From: the human T2T-CHM13v2.0 reference genome, Homo sapiens
Length of the DNA: 64,000 nt
Assembly: GCF_009914755.1 (NCBI RefSeq)
Contig: NC_060927.1
Strand: one strand, 5' to 3'
The notes beneath the pieces are model-generated. The model saw only the letters and a list, made by a program, of their open reading frames with translations, did not search any database and was not told the origin of the DNA. The translations under genes were made by a program, and so were the position numbers. Numbering within the stretch: the first letter of the stretch is position 1; each line of letters starts with the position of its first letter. Of the stretch, positions 12,223-25,940 are shown in pieces.

Positions 12223-15157
12223 TTAAAAATTTTTATTTAAAAATTTACTTTAAATTAATAAGCTTTATATTTTTAGAGACACTTTAGGTTCAAAGCAAAA
12301 TTGAGTGGAAAGTACAGAGTTCCCACATACTCCCTGATCTCTTCCTCAACCCACCACAACCTCCCCGACTGTCAACATCCCTCACCAGAGTGGTATATTT
12401 GTTACAATTGATGACTTATATTTACATCATCACCTAAAGTCTACAATTTACATTATAGTTCACTCTTGGTGTTATACATTCTATGGGCTTTGACAAACGT
12501 ACAATGATATATATCCTTCATTGTAGTACCATATGTAATACTTTTACTCCCTAAAAATCTCTGTCTTTGCCTACTCATCCCTCCCTCCTTCCTAAGCCCT
12601 GGCAACCAGTGATCTTTTTACATATTTTGCCTTTTCCAGAATGTCATATAGTTAAAATTGTACAATAGGTAGTCTTTCAGACTGGCTTTTCTCACTTAGT
12701 AATATGCAGATGAGTTAAAAATTTTTTCATGGCTTGAGAGCTCATTTCTTTTTAGTGCCAAACAGTATTCTATTGTCTAGATGTTCCAAGAAGTTCATCT
12801 ATTCACCTACTGAAGAACATCTTGGTTGCACTTATGTGTCTGCAATTATGAACAAAGCTGCTATAAATATCAGTGTGCAGGTTTTTGTGTGGACATAGTT
12901 TTCAACTCCTTTGTGTAAATACCAAGGAGAACAATTGTTGGATTCTATGGTAAGAATATGCCTTAGTTTTATAAGAAACTGTCAAACTGCCTTCCAGAGT
13001 GGCAGAGTGGCTGTACCATTTTGCATTCCCACCAGCAATGAAGCATTTGGTGTTGTCAGTGTTTTGGATTTTGACCATTTTAATAGGTGTGTAGTGGTTG
13101 GTATCTCATTATTGTTTTAATTTGCATTTCCCTGATGACATATGATGTGAGCATCTTTTCCTATGAGTACTTGCCACCTGTATATCTTCTTTGGTGAAGT
13201 GTCTGTTAAGGTCTTTGGCCTTCTTAAAATTATATTTTTTTTTACTGCTGAGTTTTAAGAGTTCTTTGTATATTTTGGATAACAGTTCTTTATCGTATGT
13301 GCCTTTTGCTAATATTTTCTCCTGGTTTGTCTCCTTTTTTATTTTCTTGACAGTGTATTTTGCAGAGCAGAAAATTTTAATTTTAATGAATTCTAGCTTA
13401 TCAATTATTTCTTTCATGGATTGTGACTTCAGTGTTGTATCTAAAAAGTCATTATTATACCCAAGATTTTGTCCTATGTTATCTCCTAGGAGCTTTATAG
13501 TTTTGAATTTTACATTTAGATCTGTGATCCATTTTGAGACAATTTTTCGTAAAGGATGTAGATCTGTGTCTAGATTAATTATTTTTGCATCTGCATGTCC
13601 AGTGGTTTCAGCCCATTTGTTGAGTTGACTATCTTTGCTCCATTGTATTGCTTTGGCTCTTTCGGATTAAAGATCAGTTGACTATATTTATGTGGATCTA
13701 TATCTTGATTACTGTAGCTTTATAGTAATTCTTGAAGTAAGATAATGTCGGTTCTCTGACTTTGTTCTTCCCCTTCAATACTGAGTTGACTATTCTGGGT
13801 CTTCTACCTCTCTATATATATTTTAGGGTCAATTTGTTTATATAAATGAAATAACACTGAAATTTTGATTGGGACTGTGTTGAATCTATGGATCAAGTTT
13901 GGAAGAACTGACATTCTGACAGTTTTGAGTCTTCTTATTCATGAACATGGAGTACCTCTCATTTATTCAGTTCTTTGATTTCTTTCCACAGAGTTTTGTA
14001 GTTTTTCTCATATAGATCTTGTACATAGTTTTGTTAGATTTATATCTAAGTATTTTATTTGTTTTGGCACTAATGTACATGATAACATTAATGTAATGAT
14101 TTTAACTTCAAATTCCTTGATTATTGCTGGTTATAGGAAAGTGATTGATTTTCTGTATCATTGGTGTATCCTGCAATCATGGTACAATCATTTATGAGTT
14201 TCAGGAGTTTTCTGGCTGATTATTTTAGATTTTCTTCATTGATAATCATGTCATCGGCAGACAAAGACAATTTTATTTCTTTCTTACAAATGTGTATGCC
14301 TTTTATTTCCATTTCTTGTCTTATTGTATTAGCTAAGACTTCCAGTGACATATTGAAAAGCAACGGTGAGAGGTAATAGTCTTATTTTGCTTCTGATCTT
14401 AGTGAGAAAGTTTCAAGTTTCTCACCATTAAGTGCAATGTTAGCTGTAGGTTTTTTGTAGACTTTTTTTAAAAAATGAAGTTTGGGAAGTTCCTTCTTAT
14501 TCCTAGTTTGCTGAGAATTTGTGTCACGAATATTTGTTGAGTTTTGTCAAATGCTTTCTCTGAATTTGTTGCTATGATTATGCGATTCTTCTTCTTTAGC
14601 CTGTTGATATGATGGATTACTTCAATTTATTTTCAAATATTGAATTATTTTTCTATACCTGGAATACATTCCACTTGATAAAGGAGTATGATTCTTTTTA
14701 CGTATTATTGGATTCAATATGCTAATATTTTGTTGAAGATTTTTGTTCATAAGAGATACTGGTAGGCAATTTTTTTTTTCTTGTAATGTCTTTGTCTGGT
14801 TTTGGTATTAGGATGACGACAGCCTCATAGAATGAGTTTGGAAGTATTCCTTCTGCTTCTATCTTCTGAAAGAAATTGTGAAAAATTTGTATAATTTCTT
14901 CCTTATGTGTTTGTTAGAATTAACCAGTGAACCCATTTTGGCTGGATGCTTTCTGTTTAGGAAAGTTATTAATTAATTATTTATTTTGTTTCTTTAATAC
15001 ATATAGGCCTATTCAGATTGTCTATTTCTTCTTGTGTGAATTTTGGCAGATTATGTCTTTCAAGGAGTAGATTCATTTCAGTTATCAAATTTGTGGACAT
15101 AGAGAAGTTAATAATATTACTTTATTATACTTTCAATGTCCATGTGACCTGTAGTGA

Positions 15158-15489
<332 letters not shown>

Positions 15490-15800
15490 CCCTATTTCAT
15501 TTCTGATATTAGTAATAAGAATCTTTGTTTTTCCTACCCTGGCTAGAAACATCAGTTTTATTAATCTTTTCAAAGCACTAGCCTGGCTAGAAACATCAAT
15601 TTTATTAATCTTTTCAAAGCACTAATTTTTAATGTTACTGATTTTCTCTATTCATATCTTATATTTAGTTTCCTTGATTTCTGCTCTAATTTTTGTGTTG
15701 CTGTTGATGTTGAGTTTAACTATATTCTTACTGATTTTCTGCCTCCTGGATCTGTCAATTTCTGATAGAGGGGTTTTCTAATCTCCAGCTATAATAGTGG

Positions 15801-16130
15801 ATTCATGTTGAAACTTAGTCATCAATGTAACAGTTAATAAGAGGTGGGCCTTTTGGGAAATGATTAAGTCATGAGGGCTTCACGCTCCAGAATGGGAATA
15901 ATGTTTTTATAAAAGGGCTTGAGGGAGAAAGTTCATTTCTGTTTTGCCCTTTCCAGCATGTGAGGACATAGAAGGAGCCATCTATGAGGAACAGGTCTTC
16001 ACTAGACACAGAATTTGCCAGCACCTTAATCTTGGACTTCCCAACTTCCAGAACTGTGTGAAATACATTTCTATTGTTATAAAGTGCCCAGTCTAATGTA
16101 TTTTGTTAGAGTAACCCAAATAGACTGAGA
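15801..16130 (+). mobile_element. ERVL-MaLR solo LTR (MSTC/MSTD/MLT1A-like) inside L1
   Basis: tcatgttgaaact...gattaagtcatgagggc...ccttaatcttggacttccc...ccagaactgtg...cccagtc...gactgagata. Confidence 0.85.
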
Positions 16131-17677
16131 TAGTGATTTTTTTTCTCTCAATACTTTAAATATTTCACTCTGCTCTCTTCTTGCTTGCATGGTTTCTGAG
16201 GAGAAGTTGAATTTAATTCTTATTTTTGCTCCTCTATAATTAAATCTTTAATCTTTGATTTTCTGAAGTTCAAATATGATATGTTTAGGTGTAGTTTTTG
16301 TTTTGCATTTATTTTGCTGTTCTCTGAACTTCCTGGATCTGTAGTTTGGTGTCTGACACTAATTTAAGGAAATTCTCAGTTACTTCAAATATTGCTTCTG
16401 CTCCTTTCTCTCTTTTTCTCCTTTTTGTTATTCCCTTTACACATATGTGACATCCTTTTTGTCCCACAGTTCTTGGATATTCTGTTCTGTGGTTTTTTTT
16501 TTTTCAGTGTTTTCTTCTTTCTAGGTTTGGAAGTTTTTATTGTCATATCCTCAAGCTCAGAGATTCTTTCTTTGGTCATGTCAGTCTACTGATGAGCTCA
16601 TCAGAGACACTCTTCATTTCTGTTACAGTGTTTTTGATCTCTAGAATTTCTGTTTGATTTTTTTCTTAGAATTTTCATTCTTTACTTTTATTATTCATCT
16701 GTCCCTGCATGTTGTCTCCTTTTCCCATTAAAGCCCTAACAAATTAATCACAGTTTCTTTTAGAATTCCTGTTCTGGTAATTCCAGCATTCCTGCCATGT
16801 CTGATTCTGGCTCTGATGGTTGTTCAGTCGTTCTCTTCAAACTGTGTTTTTAGCCTTTTAGTGTGCCTTGCACGTTTTTATTAATGTAGTGGGTAAAAGG
16901 AACTGCAGTACAAAGACTATAAAGACTACGACGAGTAATGTAGTGGTAAGGTGTGGGGGTAGGGGAATTGTTCTATAATTAGGTCTCAGTCTTTTAGTGA
17001 GCCTGTGCCTTTGAACTGTGAACTTGACCAATGCTTCTCAGTTGTTTTTTTTTTTTTGTTTTCACCCTTAGGTGCAATAGGACGGCTAGAGGGAACTGGA
17101 GCTGGATATTTCCCTTCTCTCAGGTAAATTAGGTTCTAGTAAAACCACAGCAGGCTAGGCTCTTGTTAGTTTCTCCTGAGGGCAGGCCTTGTTAAAGAAC
17201 AGAATGCTGTGGTGTATTTCAAAATGATTTCATTTCTCCTTCCCCTGCCAAAAGTATGAGGGGTTTTTATTCTGATCTTTACCGTAAGGACCTGGTATAG
17301 CTCTCAGAGGTAAAACCTTAAGCGTCACCTCTCATTTGAATTTGGTCCTCCAGAAATTTTTAACTCTCAGAATTGTCCACATTGAGCTTCCAGCAATTCA
17401 TCAGTTACATTTCAGGTTTTGTACCTGGTAGTGGTTCCTGATGAGGTTTCCACTCAGGGTTTCTCCTTCAGTAAGCTATTATTCTTTGTATCTACTTGTC
17501 TGTCTCTCCAATTTTGGGGGCAGTGGTTTGCTCAGTGACCTCACTTCTCTGACTAATCTAAAAAAATTAGGTTAGTCTAGATGTTGATTTTTTCTGTTTG
17601 TTCAGCATTTTACTTGTTGTTAGTGTGGAGTAATGACTTCTAAGCTCCCTGCAAACTGGACTGGAAACCAGAAGACC

Positions 17678-17975
17678 ATTAGTAAATTTTGCCTGCAATA
17701 ATTATTACTGTGGTATTTACTCATATTGATTCTTCCATTCTTCCATTCTTTCTACATTTATTAGTTGGTAGTATTCTGTAAAGAAGAGCTTTTTTTATTT
17801 ATCTGCCACACATTTATCTATCAAATTATTTTTATATCAGTATGGATGCATAGATATTCATTTAATTCTAGAGGTTATAATCGGATACTATCAATATTTA
17901 TTTTGATTTTAAAATTGTTTCAGCTTTGGCCATTGGGAGTTTTTTATGCTTGGTTCCTGCATCTAATAGACATTT
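17678..17975 (-). mobile_element. Old L1 3' end (L1MC4/5-like), right piece
   Basis: ttgcctgcaataattattactgtgg...ttcagctttggccattgggag continues the 11530-12222 piece. Confidence 0.65.
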
Positions 17976-18369
17976 TTAAATATAGGGTAGGGTTATATAA
18001 TTAAGAGAGTTTTTGGTAAACACACACTGAAGCTGGTGTTTTTTCTGAAAATATCTGTTAGTTCTTAGAAGTCTGGTAACTCTGTTTTATTAGGATATGC
18101 ACATGGGGAAAAAGAGACAAAGACTGGAGTTTGAATAAAATGCAGACTGAATAAATGATTACCCACAAGAAAGTTTCCTTAAGAAACAACATGCTCAGTG
18201 AAAGAATTAGGAGAAACTTTTGCAGAGTGAAATGGTGGAACTAATGCCAGTCTTGGTCTTGGATCTTAGTGCAGCAACAGAAAAAGTAAGAAAGTCTTCC
18301 TTGGGAATTCCTAACCAGAACCTACACTATTCTGATTTGGAATTCAAGTTCTTTTACAATGTATATGAA

Positions 18370-19195
18370 AGAACAAAAGGCAAAGAATAGACATGGCATT
18401 CCTGAAAAAGAATCAGTTGGAGAGATTTGCTTTGCCAGATAACAAGACATGTTACAAAATTATCTTATACAGCATAGTGTGGTTTGGTGGTGCAATAGAC
18501 AAATAAATGAGTAGCATACAGACAAAAGATCAACATATTCATATATGGAAAATGGATGTGGACAGAGCTGATATTGAAGATCAGTAGCAAAAAGATTTGA
18601 TAAAATGGTGTCAAAATAATTGGTTATCCACTGAGGTGAAAACTTGATAGCAGATTCCTAGCTCTCTCATACGCAGAAATCAATTACCATTGGGTTGAAA
18701 CTTTAAAGGAAAAGGGAAAACTGTAAAATGTTCATAGATATGGAAAACTATGTTAAAGAGCTTGATATTGAAGAAGATTTTTTTAAACTCAAACATTGAA
18801 AATCATAAAGAAACCTGATTATATTTGATACACTAAAACCAAGATTTTAAGCTTATTTTCATCAAAAGACACCATGAAGTTATCTTAAGTCAGAAGAAAT
18901 TACCTACAACACATATTACCAAAAATTATTAGAACTGAGAATATATAAAGAAGTCTAATATTTGATGATGAAAGACAAACAATCCAGTAAAAAGTGAGCA
19001 AAAACAAAGATACAAATGAGTACTTTACAGAAGAAGAAACATGATTGTCTAATAAATGTACTAAAAATGCTCAGTAAATATACTTAATATGCTCATTAGT
19101 AATCAAGAAAATGAAAATGAGAACCACAATGAGACAATACCATTTCAAACTCGATGAAATGAAAAATACAAATAATTCTAACAATACCCTTATCA
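18370..19195 (+). mobile_element. Decayed L1M (ORF2 3' region)
   Basis: aaaaggcaagaatagac...tttacagaagaagaaac...ctcattagtaatcaagaaaatgaaaatgagaaccacaatgaga. Confidence 0.75.
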
Positions 19196-19239
19196 TCCTT
19201 TCATGCAGGAATTTGGGTCTTGACATAAAATAAAGCACA

Positions 19240-19420
19240 AAGTCCAGATTTGCTGCTTATCGGCAGTGTAATCTTCGACAAGTCATTTAAACTCTAGCTT
19301 CAGTTTGCTCACCTACCAAATGCAAAACATAATTTCTCTGCAGAGTTATGAGAAACAAAGATAATACACAGCAAGCATCTGACAAAGTTTGGCATAGAGC
19401 AAAGGGTCATTGATGATGGC
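19240..19420 (+). mobile_element. MIR relic
   Basis: agtgtaatcttcgacaagtcatttaaactctagcttcagtttgctcac. Confidence 0.6.
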
Positions 19421-19574
19421 TGCTCAAACTGACATAAATTGGGATGACAGTCCAGGAACATACTGTTCATACCAGTGTTTCACTCAATAGAACTAATTCA
19501 GAGGGAATGTATTAAGGTTTTAAATACCATTCTTCAAAACTTGTATCAACAATGACAGCAGTAGCAGCAGCAAT

Positions 19575-19800
19575 GACTAATTGAGGGCTTATAATGTGCC
19601 AGGCAGTGAGTTTAGTCTTTTATATTCATTATTTCATTTAATCCTTATGATTACTTTGTAGTGCAGTATATATTATCTCTAGATATATTATTATCTCCAT
19701 TATGGTTGAGGAAATTGAAAGTCAAAGAGCTTAATTTACTTGCCCAAAGTCACACATAGGGTCATTTGCAATTCTGGGAGTAGAACACATGCCTCTCTGG
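19575..19800 (-). mobile_element. MIR relic
   Basis: aatgtgccaggcagtg...tttcatttaatcctta...gaggaaattgaaagtcaaagagcttaatttacttgcccaaagtcacaca. Confidence 0.75.
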
Positions 19801-20494
19801 CTTGACCGTGATTCTCTAGTGTACCTAATTACTCTTTAGCAGACCGATCCAGAAACAGAACTTTTCTCTTGTAAGCAACCTTCACAATTAGTGGCATCAA
19901 GATTAATTTATGTGCATAATAGTGTGATGAACTGAAGCCAGTATTTTTTAAAAAGAGTAAGAATTTCAGAGTTTGCTGTTAGAATTTCCAGCCTGATCTT
20001 TGTCAGTGTTACTGTCTTTGACAGAAATGAAGGAAAGGAAAGAAGGGGAGTTGGAGTCGGGACCAGCTGACTGATACAGTCTTGCTCTATGTAATTTGAA
20101 GTTCCACCTTTCCATCTTGGGGGACTCCACACTCTAACTCCTTTCAGGAATAATTGAAATATCACTCAGAATGAAGCAGACTGCTAAAATTCATGGCATA
20201 CCATATACAAAAAAAAAAAAAAAACACCACCACCAACAACAGCCAGACTCTTGCTTGCCCCTCTCAACTCCTTAAATCAGCCAGAGTCTTGACCCTTCAT
20301 CCTCTATGTTAACAGTGGGCTTTCCAAAAACATAGACTTGGAATAAGTTGGGGTTTAATAGTCTTATGCTATAATACCCCAGCTAAGTGATTACTCAACT
20401 CATTTGGGTTTCAAGATTGAGAAACTCATTGTTTTTTGAGGTAGCTTCATCTGTCTTCAAAGAGCTCTAATTGTTAACAATAACAAAAACAACG

Positions 20495-20640
20495 ACAATA
20501 GCTCATTTTTAAAATTGAGAGTTTATGATGTGCCAAATACTGTGCTAAGTGCTCTATATAAATTGTCTCATTTAATCCTCATAACCTCCGTGACATAGAC
20601 GCTATTATTATCTCTGATTAACAGGTTAAAAACTCAGAGA
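20495..20640 (-). mobile_element. MIR relic
   Basis: atgtgccaaatactgtgctaagtgctc...tctcatttaatcctcataac. Confidence 0.75.
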
Positions 20641-20816
20641 TTTAGATCTATTTGTCATAATTTTAGTATTTGCAGACTAAACAAATTCACTTGGCAACAC
20701 TTAGGTATTAGAAAACAGCACAGAACTCTCCAACTTAAACCTCCACTCCTTTTGGCTAAATATCTCTATGCTTAATTGGTTCTCTACATTACATTTTTGT
20801 AGAAAATGTAGAATCA

Positions 20817-21176
<360 letters not shown>

Positions 21177-23691
21177 TTAACATGACATTTTGGGGCCTCT
21201 CTGTGTTCCCTCTTTTGTAGTTTTTGTTGCCCCCACCTCTGACTTTTCTTTAATATGCAAGGCTGGATCTAAGCAAAGAAAAAGTATCTTTCTTTGTACT
21301 CTGCCACAAGTTTTCTAAACCAATATTTGCAGAAAGTGCACACAACCCAAGAATTTTGCACGATAAATTATTTTAGAAATGTTTAGAGGTAATGCAAATT
21401 CATAGCATATCATTCAAAAGAAAAAAGGGGCAAAAATAACTATCATGATTAACATCAATGCAGGATGGAGAAATTAACAAAGTCAATCAATGTTTGTTTT
21501 TCACTAATGGGTTTTTGGATGTCCTTATCAACAGCCTGAGTTTTTAAAAAGTGTTTTTCTATATTTTTACAGAAAAAATATGTATCCTTGCCATTATTTA
21601 CTAGTTATTTGGAACATGTTCAAAAGGCCATCTTTTCATAAGGTCACCTGCTTTTCTTCAACTGCCTGCTGTCACTGGAACATTAAAATTAGTGTTTTTG
21701 TTATAAGATTATATGTTTAAAATTCTGTAATTTTAAATCCTTAAAAGAGAAGAGATGACTATAAACTTGAAGTTTTACTATATTTTAACCTTCATCTATT
21801 TTCTCAAAATTACAAATATAAGACTTCTACTACTTACCTAAATATTGGATGAGCTGTAGTCTTAAAGTCAGATATTTGACCTAAGCTATGGCAAATGACT
21901 CAATCTGTCTTTATTAATGTCAGTTTTAGATATCATACACCAAGACACAACATTTTTACAGTGCTTAGCATTCATACAGCTTTATGATATTTAGGGAACA
22001 GGAAAGCCACTTAGTGGTGGAATTATCATGTCTATCTTCCAGTGTGTAAATGTATGTTACAAAGATTAATGCTAGAACACACTAAACTGCCCTGAGAATG
22101 GTGAAATGCCTTGAATAAAGAGAAAGCCCTTCAGGCAGATGGCCAGTTTAAGAATAAAAATTAGCCAGCCTGTAGGCTTCATTTAATCTATTTGTAGGCA
22201 TAAATGAGAACTTATTTTAACCAAAAAAATCTGCGATGTATTTTTAGAATCTTGCATGATGAATGAATGCATCTTAGACTTCTAAGTGAATAAGAACTAA
22301 GTTAAACTCTCAACACTACCATCATCTCTTCAGAACCACTTGTCTTGAGTCTACCTGTGAGAATATTCTCCTCCCTTGTGAGATACATAATAATCTCATT
22401 TAAAATCATAGAGTTCCCTGACACCAAAAAAGCTGACACAGTTTCTCCCCGCTTGCTGGTACAGTACTTCTTCTGAGTGATTACTTATCTACAGCAATGC
22501 TACTGTTTTATGTTACTAGATTTCTGAACACCTCAATTTATTTTTGGATCACTCTTTTCTTTTGGCAGATTGTGATTTATATATGCATTATTTCCAGTAG
22601 GATTAAATTTTGTAAGCCAAGAAAAAAAAAAGAAAGAAATAAGCTGCTGCTTGGCAAAAATGGAACAAGGTATCTTGATAATCATTTATAGCACAGACCC
22701 TAAATGTTATACTAATTCTTGTTCAAAAATGAATACTTTAATGTGTCTCGTCTTAGGCTAGCAGATCATTCATTTCTAAAGGAAATGGCTGTTTTTAAGG
22801 CAATTGATTGTCTTTGAGGTTTTTACTGTACACTCATCCAGAGAGCAGGTTTCAAATATCTCAAACTCAGAGTGTCAAAATAAAATAAAACAAAAGCAAT
22901 TGTAATCACTGATCAGTTAAAACAACAGCAATCACTAAGGAGGGCCAAGAGCTTATAAGACTGCATGAGATGTTTTGAGAATGGCTTATGAGTGAACCAG
23001 AGGGCGGGTTATGCTCACATGGGGGAATTATGCTAATCTCTGTGGAGCAAATTCTGAGAAGGGAATGGGAAATTCTGAAGAAGTGGACAGAGGTATAAAA
23101 ACAAGAAGAAGGACAGGTGCGGAGGATGATAAGAGCGGCAGGCAGCTGATATGGTAAAATAGGAGTAAACAGAAAGACACTGTCAGAGGCCAAGAGTGAG
23201 AGAGGTGAAGCTGAGAATGAGCTCTGAGGGAGAAAATTCTTAGTGTAGTGGTAGGCAACTGACACAATTTAGTGGGATCTTACCAATTTGTTGTTTTTCT
23301 TAAATCCTGAAAGGCATGTGTAATATAAAATAGCTTTGAAATCCAGTGTCAGTTAGTGCATTATTTTAAAAAGGCTAAAGATAAGAACATTTTAGAATAC
23401 CTATTTTTATTATTTAATCTATTTCTCATGATAATAAATGTTATATGATATTAAATAAGAGTATTACAAAATGAAAAGGAGAAGAGACCAGATTTGTGGC
23501 AAATAGTGAATTCACCAAAGCTATTGAATTGAACTTGGTAAAATACATCTTTTTTTTTTTTTAACAGCTGGCTTTGGACTAAAATATTTCCCTAAATGAT
23601 TTAGGACAAAATTTGACATGGGAAGGATCGCTCTTAGTGGTGAAAGGAAGCTCAGCCTTTACCCTTAAGCTTTTACAACATTTAGGGTAAG

Positions 23692-24764
23692 AGTTTGCTA
23701 AAAACATATTTTAAGAAATAATCTTATTGAATATATTCAACTGATATGAATACATATTCATATGTACATTTAGCAATTTTTTATTTTAGCAAGAATTGTT
23801 AAAAATATATTTAGTGATATTTTTGATTTCAGTGCATTTTCAAATTTTCGAAAACGAAAGACATGGAATGGTTTATTCTGTTGAGACATTAAACTACAGG
23901 ATTCATTTACAACTAGAAGACAGGCTTTGATCCAGGTTGCAGATCCGATACTGTGGCCCTCAGCCTTCCATGGGCTCTTAGTTATTTACCAGCTGATGAG
24001 TTTGCCGAATGACCAGTTTGTCAAATTCATAAGCATATTTATTTACAAAAATTTGTTTATTTTAACTCTTTAGACAATTTATAGCAATCCTACTAGATGG
24101 ACTTGCAGGGAGCCAGGACTCCAGAGATCTGGGGCCTTCCATTTCTCTCTGTTCTTCAGTCTTCCACTCTGTGGGATCCGCAGCTCAGATTGTGCTAGGC
24201 GCTCACTGTTGATTTTCCCTATTTTGGCTTCTTTAGTTTCAGAAGATAAAGCAGAGAGCTGTTGCAATTGTCTGATTAATATGAATTCTTGCAAATGATA
24301 TTACTTGTTTAAAATATATTTCATTAAATAGATACATTTGATCACTCTGCAAAAACTGGGGAAAATTCTAAAAATAATAAAATATTAAAAACAGGAAATT
24401 ACTTTTTGCCTTTGATCTTAGCCAAAGGGTCTAGAAGCAACAGAATATGACTTAAAATTTTAAAAATAAATCAGTATAAATTTTTAAACTTCCAAATTAA
24501 AATTTTAATTGTATTCATAGGAATAGTAATAGAATATATTAAAGAACAACAGTCATAACTACACACAGAAGAAGAACATGTTAATGAGAATAAATCATTC
24601 CGTGACTTTAGCTTTTGAAAATTCTCTAAAATTAAAAAAATTGCTAAACTTTTTAAAGCAATTTTTGCTAAAATAAAAAATTGCTAAATGTACATAGGAA
24701 AATGTACTATATCAGTTAGATATATTCAATAAGACTATCTCTTAAAATAAGTTTTTAGCAAACT
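23692..24764. repeat. Long inverted repeat (arms 23692-23879 and 24587-24764), origin unassigned
   Basis: Hand alignment: 23692-23798 versus the reverse complement of 24659-24764 gives 97/107 identities. Distal block 23857-23879 versus the reverse complement of 24587-24609 gives 20/23. Confidence 0.9.
24412..24441 (-). pseudogene. U2 snRNA 5' fragment (about nt 1-30), tailless retropseudogene
   Basis: ttgatcttagccaaagggtctagaagcaac versus the reverse complement of the U2 5' end (ttgatcttagccaaaaggccgagaagcgat) is 25/30. Degenerate flanking repeats aggaaattactt / agaatatgactt. Confidence 0.75.
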
Positions 24765-25493
24765 TTAAAATTCATGAATTCTGCAAATTGGTCACATGGT
24801 AAATTGATTCTACTGAACTCATTCATTTCATAGATAAGACCACTTCAGCTTTCTTAAGATGATTCTGCACTTTAAAAAAACTGAAATAACTGGCAATATT
24901 TAAAAATCGAGGGTTCTGGTTCAAGATGGCAGACTAGAAGCAGCTAGAGCCTGTGGCTCCTGGAGAGAAAACAGTGGAGAGAAAACACTAAGCTCTTCAA
25001 ATGCATCCTCCAGGAGGCCAAGTTGGAATTCACCAAGGAAGCAATACACAACAGGACCCAAAAGAGAGGAGCAAAGCAGGACAGCCACCCACCTGGGATT
25101 GGTGCAGAGCCAGAGGAATTGCCGTGTCGTGGGGGAAAGGGTGATTGAATAAGAGCTCCTGGGGGATCCACAATTCCACCACAGGCCTTTGTAGTCCTGG
25201 CCATGGAAGAGCCCCTCTGACTCTCCAGGGTCTCCAGACAGACACAGAGAGCTGCCTGGAATCTGTGCGGAGGCACCACTCAAGCCCATGTGAAGCCCAA
25301 TGGATCTTGGATCCCAGAGCACCCTAGAGCCAGCTACAGTAGCCCCACCAACAGGGGAGGCTAGGCTCTTTCGCATGCCCTTAGGATAGCTGCAGCAGCC
25401 GCAGTGCTCAGGAGCAGACTACAGACCGCACCTCTGCTGCTGCTCGCCAGGCAAGTCCCACCGGCTTGGGCCTCCAGTGTGCACACCTGCCTG

Positions 25494-25940
25494 TGTTACT
25501 GGTCATAGGCAGTTGTCCAGGTTCTTGGTGTTTTGAACAAAGAATTAGAGAAAATGCACACACAAAGCAAGGCAGCAAAAGCAGAGATTTATTGTAAACG
25601 AAAGTGCACTTCACAGGGCAGGAGCCGGCTGGAGCAAGCGGCTCAAGAGCCTCAGTTACGGAATTTCTTGGGGCTTAAATACCCTTTAGACGTTTCCCTT
25701 TGGTTTACTATATGCAAATAAAGTTCCGTGACCAGTCTGATTGGTTGTGGGAGGGAACCACTCCAAGTGATGAGTAGGCCCATGACCAGTCTGATTGGTT
25801 GTGGCAGGGGACCAATCAGAGGTACTTTCATTTTTCGACTGCCACGCAGGAAAAGGAGGGGTTAAAAAGGGAGTAGCCTCTGACACTCAGCATGAATCCG
25901 CAGTAGGTTCCTTACCTCCAGACCCTATTCTTCTGCCTCA
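25494..25940 (-). mobile_element. MER51-family ERV1 solo LTR
   Basis: Minus strand starts TGAGGCAGAAGAATAGGGTCTGGAGG and ends ...AGTAACA. 4-bp TSD cctg at 25490-25493 and 25941-25944. Confidence 0.85.

Noticed and set aside
13109-13628. 102-aa and 145-aa ORFs
   Set aside because: Decayed L1 ORF2 and its antisense frame, not genes.
16909-16938. FLAG-tag-like peptide YKDYKDYDE* (tacaaagactataaagactacgacgagtaa)
   Set aside because: Explained by a short aaagacta duplication within the L1 5' region. It is not DYKDDDDK and has no vector context.
23993-24030. Hammerhead-like core CTGATGA..GAA with a small tgac/gtca hairpin
   Set aside because: It reads GAAT instead of GAAA, lacks the NUH cleavage triplet geometry and has no stem I partner.
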